Positions 14,919 through 24,198 of a stretch of 32,000 nucleotides of DNA are shown here, piece by piece. Position numbers and translations under genes: made by a program. The stretch covers positions 1,050,001 through 1,082,000 of the forward strand of contig CP060262.1 in the NCBI GenBank assembly GCA_022646745.1, read 5' to 3'. Origin of the DNA: Planctomycetales bacterium. GTDB lineage: Bacteria; 4484-113; JAFGCY01. Each line of letters starts with the position of its first letter. The first letter of the stretch is position 1. The notes beneath the pieces were generated by a model. The model did no database searches. It was not told the origin of the DNA and saw only the letters and a program-made list of their open reading frames with translations.

Positions 14919-16307
14919 ATGCCGGAGCTGAGGCTTGACCCGCTTTCCCGCGATGCCCTGCTGGGCCTGTGCTACCGAGCACTGGCCGGTAATGCGCAGC
15001 CGGGCCGGGCCGCCATCAGCCGCCGTCGCATTGAGCAGCTGCAGTCCCAGCGCACTGAGCTGATGAAGGAACGCAGCAGCCTGCTGACGGACGAGCAGAC
15101 CGCGCAGTCACGCGTGAAGGATGCACAGCGCAGCGCCCGGGATGCACGGCTGGATGTGCAGATCTATACCGAGAATAATCCCGCCCCGCCAGAACCGAAG
15201 CGCGGCCTGTTCGGCCGGCGGCCGAGCCGCGAACGCCGCGCATGGGAGGAGGAGCGTGACCGCCTGGCGGAGATTGCGGGGCTGGAGGAAGCTGAAGCCG
15301 CCGAGTACGCGTCGATCCACACTGAAATCGCCGGCCGCCTGCAGGGCATCACTGAGCAGTTCGACGAACTGGGCCGTGAGTATGCGGAACAGCTGGCCAC
15401 CCTGCGCGGACAGCTGGCTGCCTGGGTGCTGCTGCGTTACAGCGGCGGGGGCAGTGGTGAGGCCCGCGAGGAGCTGGCGGACTACCGCCGCCTGCTGCGC
15501 GGGGAGCTGAGCGTGGCCGTGCTGCTGGTGCTTGGTGAGCTGTTTGACAACGGCCCGCAGGCGGCATTCAGCATGCTGCCGGACCTGGCAACGATCTGGG
15601 ACCAGCATCCCGACCCGCTGCGCCCCGTGCTTGAGGCCCTGCTGCGCCTCATGCGTGACGGCCGGCTGGAGCGGCGCGAGGCCGGCATGCTGCAGCGAGA
15701 GCAGTTCAGCCAGCCCGGGCACTGGAACCTGTACCGCCTCACGCGCATCCTCGGGGGCTGGCCGGCCAGCATGGATGAGCAGGACGAGGGCGGCTTCGCC
15801 CGCACGCTCTGGGCGCTGGAGCAGGTGCTGCTGACCCAGGACCCCCCTTCCGACTGGCAGGCGCAGCCAGCCGAAGGGCTTGCCGCCTGGTCCAGCGGCT
15901 CTGATTGCCTCGTGCAACTGCTGTGCTGCCTCGCACTCTGGCAACGCGGCGAACTGCGGCTTATCCCGCTGGCCGCCGGACTGCCATTCGAGAGTATCCC
16001 CTTCCCGGAGAAGCGCACTGAGCAGTGGCCGGGGCTGTACCAGTCCTTCTCAGGCCGGATGCTGAGCGGCTGGCCCGAGCCACTGGCGGGCATGCTGTGG
16101 ACCGAGCTGGCCTGCCTAGTTCTGCTGGCCGCGAAACGGCATGCGCCTGACGCGCTCTATCGCCACTGGCTGGCGGAAAGCTACAACTGGCCGAAGACCG
16201 CGATGTTCTGGTGGACGATGGCCACGCTGCAGGAAGACCCGGAACTGCTGCGGCGCAGTGCCTCTGAGCGTCCCGGACTGATTGTGCCGCAGCCCGCCTC
16301 GTTATAA
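14919..16307 (+). CDS. Hypothetical protein (N-terminal coiled coil, Leu/Trp-rich helical C-terminal region)
   Basis: ORF 14754..16307 trimmed to ATG 14919, because the upstream part is Pro/Ser-rich and spans the hairpin. No family recognised. The SD is weak. Confidence 0.6.
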   Translation: MPELRLDPLSRDALLGLCYRALAGNAQPGRAAISRRRIEQLQSQRTELMKERSSLLTDEQTAQSRVKDAQRSARDARLDVQIYTENNPAPPEPKRGLFGRRPSRERRAWEEERDRLAEIAGLEEAEAAEYASIHTEIAGRLQGITEQFDELGREYAEQLATLRGQLAAWVLLRYSGGGSGEAREELADYRRLLRGELSVAVLLVLGELFDNGPQAAFSMLPDLATIWDQHPDPLRPVLEALLRLMRDGRLERREAGMLQREQFSQPGHWNLYRLTRILGGWPASMDEQDEGGFARTLWALEQVLLTQDPPSDWQAQPAEGLAAWSSGSDCLVQLLCCLALWQRGELRLIPLAAGLPFESIPFPEKRTEQWPGLYQSFSGRMLSGWPEPLAGMLWTELACLVLLAAKRHAPDALYRHWLAESYNWPKTAMFWWTMATLQEDPELLRRSASERPGLIVPQPASL

Positions 16308-16314
16308 TGGAGAC

Positions 16315-16989
16315 ATGGATCAGTCCCTGTCACTGACGATCATTGCCGCCGCCCAGGTGCTGGGCAGCATCGTGTTCCTGCTGACCGCGATCGTGATGCT
16401 GCCAAAGGTCAACCGCGTCTGGGGCGAGCTGCAGGAAACCCTCTCCGAACTGAAGAAGACCCTGCGCACCAGTGAGAGCCTGGTGCGCAGCGTGCAGGAC
16501 CAGGACATCCTGCGCAAGGTGGGCGGCACGCTTGACAACGCCCGCGTGGCCGTCGGACGGATCGAGCCGCTGGCGGCCCAGCTGGAGCAGACACTGGGCG
16601 AGGCCCGTACCCTGCTTGACGACGCCACGCAGACTTCCCAGAGCGCACGCGCACGGATTGACGACCTGGCGGTGATGCAGAAGGACATCAATGCGCTGAG
16701 CGGTTCGCTGGCGGACATCTCCAGCGACCTGAACGACCGCGAGCTGGCCAAGCGGATCACCAACCTGCTGAGTGACATCTCGCTGCTGACGGCGGACATC
16801 GGCATCCTGACCGAGAATGCCAACAGCTACCTCGAGAAGGGCAAGCCGCTCGTCAGCAACGTGGCCGAGGTTGTCAGCAGCGCCCGCGAGCGCGTCAGCG
16901 GCGTGGCCCGCAGCGTGGCGGACATGCGCCAGAGCCTGGGCAGCCGCAGCAAGAACGGCGGCGAGGGCCGCACTCCGGAAGAAGGCTGA
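16315..16989 (+). CDS. Membrane-anchored coiled-coil protein (apolipoprotein/DUF948-like helical repeats)
   Basis: GGAG SD before ATG 16315. One N-terminal TM helix (IIAAAQVLGSIVFLLTAIVML) followed by a long amphipathic helical repeat region. Confidence 0.65.
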   Translation: MDQSLSLTIIAAAQVLGSIVFLLTAIVMLPKVNRVWGELQETLSELKKTLRTSESLVRSVQDQDILRKVGGTLDNARVAVGRIEPLAAQLEQTLGEARTLLDDATQTSQSARARIDDLAVMQKDINALSGSLADISSDLNDRELAKRITNLLSDISLLTADIGILTENANSYLEKGKPLVSNVAEVVSSARERVSGVARSVADMRQSLGSRSKNGGEGRTPEEG

Positions 16990-19260
16990 TCAGAAGTTCT
17001 TCCAGGACGCACAGAACAGCCCGTCACCGAACACCGGCGCATAACAGATCACCGGGATATTGTTGACAATGGCGATGCTCGGCTGCTTCACCCAGGAAGT
17101 CCGGTGCACCGGGTAGGGTTCGCTCCAGCTGCTGCCCGCCGCATCCGTGCCGCGCACCACATACAGGGCGCGCTCCACCGGTTCAACGTAGGCGATGCAG
17201 GGCTTGCCGGACCAGATCGCCATGCAGACATCCGAGCCTGAGGTCAGTTCCTGCGGGCTGCCGGACCACTCCTGCCCCTTGTCGTCAAGGGAACGGTCGT
17301 ACAGCATGCTGCCGCCGGCGTAGTAGTCCCCGATCGCGAGCGCCGGCCGGCCATCGACCTCGGCTGCGCAGATCTGGTACTTCTCACCACCGCCGAAGCT
17401 GTCAGGCTGTTCCCAGCTGGTGCCGTCCACATCCTTGGAGCGGTAGGTCATCAGTTCATAGATGCCGCTGCCACGGTCCATCAGGCCGCCGACCAGCGGG
17501 TAGTTGAACAGCCCGTTGTCACTGCGCACCAGCACCACGTCCTGCGCCAGGTCGCCAAAGGCCTCGCGCGCCAGCACCTGCACAGGGTTCCAGCTGCTGC
17601 CGGCCGGGTTCTTGGCCAGTACATAGGCCAGCTTTGTCTCATCTGAGGCGGCGGTGCCCATCAGGAAGCCGATCGCCGGGTCGGTATTGATGAACTCGAT
17701 GTCAGTGCGCCAGCCCGGCTCGTCCGGCGTCGGGATCTCCACCGGGGCATTCCAGCTGACACCCTGCTCGTCATTGGCCAGCACCGTGTAGAGCCTGTCA
17801 TCGATCCCGCTGCCGACCCTGCCGATGTAGCTGATGATCGGCAGGCCACTGGTCGGGCTGACTGCCATGTCCAGCCCGGGGCTGATTGCCAGTTCAAGGC
17901 CCTCCGCCAGAGGTTCACGCGCCAGGCCCCAGCTCAGCGCCGGCTCGTTCTGCGCCACCCGGAATTCCAGGATGTCCGTGTCATAGTCGGAGTAGGCGAT
18001 GCAGGCCCTGGCCGCAGCGTCCGCGCCGACCACAGCCATTGCACCGCTTCCGAAATTGACGTCCGTATCGACCGTGCTGAAGCGCCAGCCGGAGAGCAGG
18101 TTGACCTGCACCTCCGCCGTGTCCTGCGCGAAGTAGTTGTCAGTCACACGCAGTGTGATGGTATTGCTGCCGAAGTTGCTGATGACAATGTCCTCGATTG
18201 TGGCGGCATTGCGTTCGATCTCATACTCGCCATCCCCGTCGATGTCGAATTCATACAGCGCGATGTAGCCGTCCGGGTCCGAGCTGAGCGTGCTGTCCAG
18301 CTCGACCTGCTGGGGAGCCAGTCCGGCTGTCACGTTGCAGCCAAGCTCCGCCACCGGCGGCTTGTTGTTCTCGTAGATGATTGTGATGTCATCCTGCCAG
18401 GTTGCCTGCTTGCCCGTCGTCTCAGTGCCACGCACCTTGAGGGTGTAGTTGCCCGGCTGGTAGAAGTGCAGCACGGTGCCGTCCGTGTTGCCTTCGACAT
18501 CCCATGTGCCGTCGCCATCGAAATCGAAGTCAAATGTCTCCAGCTGGCTGCCGTAGGCCACGGAGCCGCTGGCATCAATCGCCACGTTGAGCGGGCCGAT
18601 GTTCTTGGTCTTGTCGAAGTCCAGGCTTGTCTGCACGTTCATATACGGTATGGTGTTGTCACCCAGCAGCAGGTAGCTCAGCTCACAGGGTGCATTACCG
18701 AGCACGAGCACGCAGCAGCTCAAGGCACCGTCGGCGCTCAGGTAGTCCGCCGTGTCCCCGGCCAGCGCACCGTCGCCACTGTCCGCAAACCACTGCCAAC
18801 GGTCCAGGGCATGGTTGCCAAAACCGATATAGACACTGTCCGCGGGATCCAGCGGTTCCTTCCAGGCCAGCCGGATCCGCGCCTCCCCGGTGTAGGGCTC
18901 GCTGAAGTAGAAGCGGTAACCTGCATAGGCGGCCTGCCCGAGCCCGTCCTGCGGCTGCTGCCAGGCCGGACTGAACTTGCCCATGTTGAAGAGGTTGTCC
19001 GGCAGCTGCAGGGAGCTGAAGCTGCCGTTTTGCACCCGCTCGTTGTCCGACACCTCACTGGCAATCCGTTCGAGGGATGCCGGAGCAGGTAGTACCGGCA
19101 TTCCGTCCGCAGCTGGCAGCCCCTGCTGCACAGTGGCATCCAGCGCAGCAGGTGCAGCCGGATCCGGCAGGGCCTCAGAGCCCGCTCCCTTTCCTGTGGA
19201 GCAGGCCGTGCTGCAGGAAAGGAGCAGCAGGGCCACGAGCAGCATACTTATGCGATTCAT
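16990..19260 (-). CDS. Lipoprotein paralog 1: unassigned N-domain + 2x PKD + Asp-box (BNR) beta-propeller
   Basis: ORF trimmed to the ATG with a GGAAGG SD 6 nt upstream (alternative ATG at 19266). Lipobox LLLSC. PKD signatures FDFDFDGDGTWDVEGNTDGTVLHFYQPGNYTLKVRGT and DPDGYIALYEFDIDGDGEYE..ITLRVTDN. Asp-box SKDVDGTSWE plus further xxGxSW blades. Confidence 0.85.
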   Translation of the reverse strand: MNRISMLLVALLLLSCSTACSTGKGAGSEALPDPAAPAALDATVQQGLPAADGMPVLPAPASLERIASEVSDNERVQNGSFSSLQLPDNLFNMGKFSPAWQQPQDGLGQAAYAGYRFYFSEPYTGEARIRLAWKEPLDPADSVYIGFGNHALDRWQWFADSGDGALAGDTADYLSADGALSCCVLVLGNAPCELSYLLLGDNTIPYMNVQTSLDFDKTKNIGPLNVAIDASGSVAYGSQLETFDFDFDGDGTWDVEGNTDGTVLHFYQPGNYTLKVRGTETTGKQATWQDDITIIYENNKPPVAELGCNVTAGLAPQQVELDSTLSSDPDGYIALYEFDIDGDGEYEIERNAATIEDIVISNFGSNTITLRVTDNYFAQDTAEVQVNLLSGWRFSTVDTDVNFGSGAMAVVGADAAARACIAYSDYDTDILEFRVAQNEPALSWGLAREPLAEGLELAISPGLDMAVSPTSGLPIISYIGRVGSGIDDRLYTVLANDEQGVSWNAPVEIPTPDEPGWRTDIEFINTDPAIGFLMGTAASDETKLAYVLAKNPAGSSWNPVQVLAREAFGDLAQDVVLVRSDNGLFNYPLVGGLMDRGSGIYELMTYRSKDVDGTSWEQPDSFGGGEKYQICAAEVDGRPALAIGDYYAGGSMLYDRSLDDKGQEWSGSPQELTSGSDVCMAIWSGKPCIAYVEPVERALYVVRGTDAAGSSWSEPYPVHRTSWVKQPSIAIVNNIPVICYAPVFGDGLFCASWKNF

Positions 19261-19356
19261 GTTCATCCTTCCGTCCCGCAAATGAGCAAGCGGTATCTGT
19301 CGCTTGAACTCTACCGCCGCCTGGATCGCAGGACCTGCCGGCAGGCCGGTCCCACG

Positions 19357-19373
19357 GTGACATCGAGTGACAT
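19357..19373 (-). promoter_or_regulatory. Two phased direct repeats (plus-strand GTGACAT; gene-strand ATGTCAC) upstream of paralog 1
   Basis: GTGACAT at 19357 and 19367, exactly 10 bp apart, 97-113 nt upstream of the start codon. Confidence 0.55.
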
Positions 19374-19465
19374 TCAGACCGATCCTGCACCTGAAATGGA
19401 AGGACCGGAGGCGATGCCCCCGGCCACAGTCCGATATACCCTTGGAGTTTCTTCGTAAGGTGCGC

Positions 19466-21724
19466 TTAGTTGCTCTTCCAGGAAGCGGCAAGCAGCTTGT
19501 CATTCGCCAGGTCGGAATAGCAGACCACAGGCACTTCATTGACAACAACCATCCCGCAGACGTTGCTATGCAGGCCGCGGCGCTCAACCGGGATCGGCTC
19601 CTCCCAGGCGGTGCCGGCGGCATCGGTTGCCCGCACCATCAGGATTGTGCCGCCGAGGTTCCGCGTGACGATGCAGGGCCGCCCGTCCCATGTGTCGAGG
19701 CTCATCTTCCCGCCCGTGACCACTTCCGTCATTTCGGCGGGCCATGCGGTGGCTGTGTCATCTGCGCTGCGGGCATAGTAGGTGCTGGTGCCACTGGTGA
19801 TTGATCCGGCCACGAAGGCCGGGTTGCCATTTATGCGCTTCGCTTCAACCTCATAGCTGAACTGGTCGTGAAGGTAGACCGCAGGCTCCCAGGCCGTACC
19901 ATCAACGTCGCTTGCCCTGGCTATGCCGTTGCGGATCGCATAGGGCGGGGAGAATTCATCGCTGAAAACGATCATCGGACGGTCGAACAGGCCGTTTTCG
20001 TAGGTCGTGATTGATACATCGCGATAGAGGATGTCAGCCAGCTTGGGCATCGCCACGCGTGCCGCACCCCAACTTGCACCTGAGCTGCTGGTGGCCTGGA
20101 AGTACAGGATTTCCGCGTCACCCTTCTCCATGAAGTTCGTTACGGCGGCCACGACTGGCAGGTTGTTCACCATCTCGATGTCCGTGGACAGGCTGAAGTC
20201 ATGCGCCCCGTCAACCTCCACGGGGGCCTTCCAGGTGTTGCCGTATGTGTCGTTTCCGCGGGCGACGCGCAGCTTGTCGTCGAAGGTGCCATCCCATGCG
20301 GTGTAGGCGATCATCGGGTAGTCATCAATGTGGTTGTAGGCCATGCTGATGCCGGGGAACTCGCCCAGCAGGCCGGCGCCGATCGGCAGCTTGACCCCGG
20401 TCCAGGAATTGTGGGAAGCATTGGCCCCGCTGCTGTAGCGCAGCTCGGATTCATAATAGTCGACATAGGCCACGCTGGCCCGGGCACCGGCCCCGCTGCC
20501 GACAACGGTCATCGCCAGGTCGTCAATCACGCGAGCATTGTTGTCAATATAGGAGTACAGCCAGCCCGAATCCAGGGTGATGTCCACCATGTCGGTGTCA
20601 GTTGCAAAGTCGTTGTCAGTCACACGCAGGGTGACGGTATTGATGTTGTATGCGCTCAGCAGGATCCCGACCGGACCGGGGTTGTCCGTTGTGATGTCCC
20701 ACACGCCGTCATTGTCATAGTCGTATTCGTACTTGGTGATCGTTCCGTCGGCATCCGTGCTGGAGCCTGCGTTGACATCCAGCGCCAGCGGGGCTGAGCC
20801 GGATGTTGCACTGGCGGCGATCCCCGCGACTGGTGGCAGGTTGAAGGGGTTCACGATGGTGAACGGCTTCTCCAGTATGGCCTGCTTGCCGCTTTCCTCG
20901 GTGATGCGCACCCTGAGGTTGTAAGTCCCGGCATCATATTCGTGAGATTCCAGGCCATCGGTGTCACCGATGACGTCGTAATCACCGTCACCCTCGAAGT
21001 CAAAGTCCCAAGCGGTCACCTCACCGCCGACCGCATATGCGATGCTGGCATTGATGGCGACCATTCGGGGGCCGGTGTTCATTGTCGGATCAAGGTCCAG
21101 GTCCGTGATCAGCTGACCATAGGGACCGGCGTTGCTGCCCAGCAGGATCGTGCTCAGGTAGGCCGGATCCTTGCCCAGCAGCAGTACGCAGACATAGACA
21201 CCATTGGTCGGGGAGACATAGCCTGCCATCTCCTTGATGTCGGTGCCTTCCTCGCCACAGGCATACCAGTCCCAGCGGTTGCTGCTGAAGTTCGCCACTG
21301 CTACATAAACATTGCTGAAGTCCGCAGGGGGAGCACCCCACAGCAGGCGGATCCGCGCCTCATCCTCATAGGTATCCGTGAATCCGAAACGATATCCCGC
21401 AAATGAGGCAAGCGCCAGGCCATCAGAGGGCTTTTCCCAGTTGGGGAAATAGTTGTTGCCGGAGTAGTTGGCGGTCGGCAGGCCGAAGTAGTAGTCCGAG
21501 CCGCCCTTGGCACGCTGGTAATCGGGCACTGCGCTGCTGTTGCGCTCAATTTCCGCCGGAGCCGGCAACTCCATGCCAGCCGCAGTCGGTGTGAAAGTGA
21601 GAGCGCTTCCAATCTCCGGTTCAGGCAGCGTCCCCGGGATGGCGGACGCCGGGCCGTTTCCGCCGCAGCTAGCCAAGGCAAGTACGAGGGCCATCAGCAG
21701 ATGGCAGATCACATTCCTGGTCAT
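19466..21724 (-). CDS. Lipoprotein paralog 2: unassigned N-domain + 2x PKD + Asp-box (BNR) beta-propeller
   Basis: GGAGAG SD 5 nt before the ATG. Lipobox LALASC. PKD signatures WDFDFEGDGDYDVIGDTDGLESHEYDAGTYNLRVRIT and DADGTITKYEYDYDNDGVWD..VTLRVTDN. Asp-boxes ASDVDGTAWE and ATDAAGTAWE. Confidence 0.85.
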   Translation of the reverse strand: MTRNVICHLLMALVLALASCGGNGPASAIPGTLPEPEIGSALTFTPTAAGMELPAPAEIERNSSAVPDYQRAKGGSDYYFGLPTANYSGNNYFPNWEKPSDGLALASFAGYRFGFTDTYEDEARIRLLWGAPPADFSNVYVAVANFSSNRWDWYACGEEGTDIKEMAGYVSPTNGVYVCVLLLGKDPAYLSTILLGSNAGPYGQLITDLDLDPTMNTGPRMVAINASIAYAVGGEVTAWDFDFEGDGDYDVIGDTDGLESHEYDAGTYNLRVRITEESGKQAILEKPFTIVNPFNLPPVAGIAASATSGSAPLALDVNAGSSTDADGTITKYEYDYDNDGVWDITTDNPGPVGILLSAYNINTVTLRVTDNDFATDTDMVDITLDSGWLYSYIDNNARVIDDLAMTVVGSGAGARASVAYVDYYESELRYSSGANASHNSWTGVKLPIGAGLLGEFPGISMAYNHIDDYPMIAYTAWDGTFDDKLRVARGNDTYGNTWKAPVEVDGAHDFSLSTDIEMVNNLPVVAAVTNFMEKGDAEILYFQATSSSGASWGAARVAMPKLADILYRDVSITTYENGLFDRPMIVFSDEFSPPYAIRNGIARASDVDGTAWEPAVYLHDQFSYEVEAKRINGNPAFVAGSITSGTSTYYARSADDTATAWPAEMTEVVTGGKMSLDTWDGRPCIVTRNLGGTILMVRATDAAGTAWEEPIPVERRGLHSNVCGMVVVNEVPVVCYSDLANDKLLAASWKSN

Positions 21725-21840
21725 TTCATCTCTCCGACAATCCGGTGGGTCTGTTGGCCACCGGTGGATTGGTGCCCCTCAGGGCAGTGGAAGGATACGT
21801 GTCCAGCGGCCAATCCGCCGTAAATGATGGCCCTTCCCGG

Positions 21841-21906
21841 GTGACATGCTGTGACACAGCCGGCAATTGTGTGACATGTGAATGGACAGCAGGAACGATG
21901 TGACAG
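21841..21906 (-). promoter_or_regulatory. Four phased direct repeats (plus-strand GTGACA[T/C/G]) upstream of paralog 2
   Basis: Repeats start at 21841, 21851, 21871 and 21900 (offsets 10, 20 and 29 bp), 117-182 nt upstream of the start codon. Confidence 0.55.
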
Positions 21907-21936
21907 CTGCCCGCTGGATAAACCAGCTTGCTGCAA

Positions 21937-24198
21937 TCAGCTGTTGCGCCAGGATGCCGCCAGCAGGCGCTTCAGCCCTTTGTCCGCATAGCAGATCACG
22001 GGCACATTATTGACAACCACGCTGCTGCAGTATTCGCCCCGGGCGGTACTCGTGTCCACGGGAATGGCCTCAGACCAACTACTGCCCTCGGCATTCTCGG
22101 CGCAGATCAGCATCAGACCGCCTGAATTCTCGTCATAGTAGGCAACGCAGGGCCGTCCGTCCCACTCCATCAGGCTGCAGTAGCCTCCGGCCCCGATCTG
22201 CTGCAGGCTGCCCTGCCAGCCAGTGGCCTTCTCATCCACGCTGCGCAGGTATCCCAGCTGCCCGTCCGGGACGTGCGAACCGGCGACAGCGGCCGGATTG
22301 CCATTGATCGTCTTCAGGTCCGTGCTGTGGGCCAGCAGCTGCCCATGGTCGACCTGCGCCTCCCAGGCAGTGCCGTCAGCGTTCGTGGAGCGCGTCGTAT
22401 ACAGGTTGTGGATCCCGTCGTTGTAGCCGCTGACATAGGACAACATCGGCCGGTCGAACAGCCCGTTCTCATAGGGCAGCAGGCTCAGGTCGAAGTAATC
22501 CAGGCCGGGCTGGACGGGCCGTACCGTGCGCGCCGTACTCCAGCTCGTGGCCGTTTCATTGAGCGCCTGGTAGTAGGAAATCTCAGTGTTCACCTGTGAA
22601 CCGGGGTAACGGACGGTGGCCACGGCTGCCAGGTTGTTGAGCACGATGATGTCCGTGTCGTTCTCCACCTTGTCCGTGGAGACCTGGATCGGCGTCTGCC
22701 AGGTGCTGCTTGCGCCGTTGTTGCCACGCACGATGAACAGGCACTCCTGATTGTTGGCAGCCTTGCCGATGTAGCTGACGATCGGGGTGTCATACAGGCC
22801 CATGTAGGCCACGGCCGGTGAAGGCCGGGAGCCAACCTCTGCTCCGGGGCCGGCAGGCTTGCGGATGCTGCCCCAGACGTTGCCGCTGAAACTGAGGGCC
22901 TGGCAGTAGCGCAGTTCCGATTCCGTGTATGAGGAATAGACCACCGCCGGCCGGGCATCGGGGCCGCTGCCGATGACAGCCATGTCCACACGGTCAGCAA
23001 GGGAAACACTGGGATCCACGACACTCTGGTACCAGCCTGAATCAAGGTTCACCGTCAGTTCCGCGGTATCAGTTGCAAAGAAGTTGTCTGTCACGCGCAG
23101 GACGACCTTGTTGTCACCATAGTTGCTCAAGGTGACGGGCACCGCATCAGCATCCTCAAGCTGCAGCTCAAACACCCCGTCATTGTCAATGTCATATTCA
23201 TACTTCGTGATGAAACCGTCCGGATCGCTGCTGCCCAGTGCATCCACCATCACCGTGAGCGGCGCGCTGCCAGACAGCAGGTCCGCGTTGATCACCGCGC
23301 TCGGCTGGGGATTGAAGTCCGGCACGATGGTGAATGCCAGCTCCTCCACGCTCTGCAGCCCGCTGGATTCGGTGACGCGCACCCGCAGCGTGTAGTTGCC
23401 TGCGCTGTATTCGTGAAGCACCTGGCCATTCGGGTCATCAAGCTTGTCCCAGGTGCCGTTGCCGGTCCAGTCAAAGTCGAAGCCTACGATCTCACCGCCG
23501 AAGCTGTAGCTGGTGCTTGCATCGATGCTGACCAGGCGCGGGGCGATGTTCATCAGGGGATCAGCTTCGAGGTCGGTGCTGATGTTGACATGCGGTGCCA
23601 GGTTGTCACCCAGCAGGGCGTAATCCAGGATTGCCGGGTCCGTACCGAGCAGCAGCACGCACATGATGATCTCTCCCTTGCCGCTCAGGAAGGGCTCAAC
23701 ATCCCCGGCATTGAAGCCCTCCGCTCCGCAGGGGAACCACTGCCAGCGGTCCATGTTGAAATCCGCCAGGCCGACGTACACATTGGAAAGGTCGGTTGGC
23801 TCAAAGCCCCACTGCAGGCGGAAGCGCGCATCACCCTCATAGCTGCCGGACTGGAATCCGTAGCGGTAGCAGGCATAGGCTGCCAGCGCCAGGCCATCGG
23901 CGGGCTCGCCCCAGTTGGGCGTGAAGATCGAGCCCGAGGAATTGCGAAATGGCAGCAGTGGCTCGAAGTTGGTACCGAACATCAGCCGCTCCATGTCATC
24001 AACGGCGGACAGCTGGCGGTCTATCTCCGCCGGTGCCGGCAGCCCCTGTGTGAAATCACCGGCATCGAGATCCGTTGTCGCCGTTACGGGAGCCAACTGC
24101 ACTCCCGTGTCAGACGCAGGAGACATGGAGCCTCCTCCGCAGCCAGCAAGCATTAGGATCAGGGCCATCAGCAGATGGCGGATCACATTCCTGGTCAT
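21937..24198 (-). CDS. Lipoprotein paralog 3: unassigned N-domain + 2x PKD + Asp-box (BNR) beta-propeller
   Basis: ORF trimmed to ATG 24198, which has the same GGAGAGATGAAATG context as paralog 2. Lipobox MLAGC. PKD signatures FDFDWTGNGTWDKLDDPNGQVLHEYSAGNYTLRVRVT and DPDGFITKYEYDIDNDGVFE..VVLRVTDN. Asp-boxes STNADGTAWE and AENAEGSSWSE. Confidence 0.85.
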   Translation of the reverse strand: MTRNVIRHLLMALILMLAGCGGGSMSPASDTGVQLAPVTATTDLDAGDFTQGLPAPAEIDRQLSAVDDMERLMFGTNFEPLLPFRNSSGSIFTPNWGEPADGLALAAYACYRYGFQSGSYEGDARFRLQWGFEPTDLSNVYVGLADFNMDRWQWFPCGAEGFNAGDVEPFLSGKGEIIMCVLLLGTDPAILDYALLGDNLAPHVNISTDLEADPLMNIAPRLVSIDASTSYSFGGEIVGFDFDWTGNGTWDKLDDPNGQVLHEYSAGNYTLRVRVTESSGLQSVEELAFTIVPDFNPQPSAVINADLLSGSAPLTVMVDALGSSDPDGFITKYEYDIDNDGVFELQLEDADAVPVTLSNYGDNKVVLRVTDNFFATDTAELTVNLDSGWYQSVVDPSVSLADRVDMAVIGSGPDARPAVVYSSYTESELRYCQALSFSGNVWGSIRKPAGPGAEVGSRPSPAVAYMGLYDTPIVSYIGKAANNQECLFIVRGNNGASSTWQTPIQVSTDKVENDTDIIVLNNLAAVATVRYPGSQVNTEISYYQALNETATSWSTARTVRPVQPGLDYFDLSLLPYENGLFDRPMLSYVSGYNDGIHNLYTTRSTNADGTAWEAQVDHGQLLAHSTDLKTINGNPAAVAGSHVPDGQLGYLRSVDEKATGWQGSLQQIGAGGYCSLMEWDGRPCVAYYDENSGGLMLICAENAEGSSWSEAIPVDTSTARGEYCSSVVVNNVPVICYADKGLKRLLAASWRNS

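Noticed and set aside
19261-19623. N-terminal extensions of ORF-track entries: 16990..19623, 21937..24435, 12479..14185, 27457..28410, 14754..16307 and 30608..31492
   Set aside because: The extensions overlap neighbouring genes or promoter regions, have non-protein-like composition, and lie upstream of internal ATGs with good SD sequences. Those ATGs are followed by lipoboxes, TM anchors or translational-coupling overlaps, so the genes were trimmed to these internal starts.
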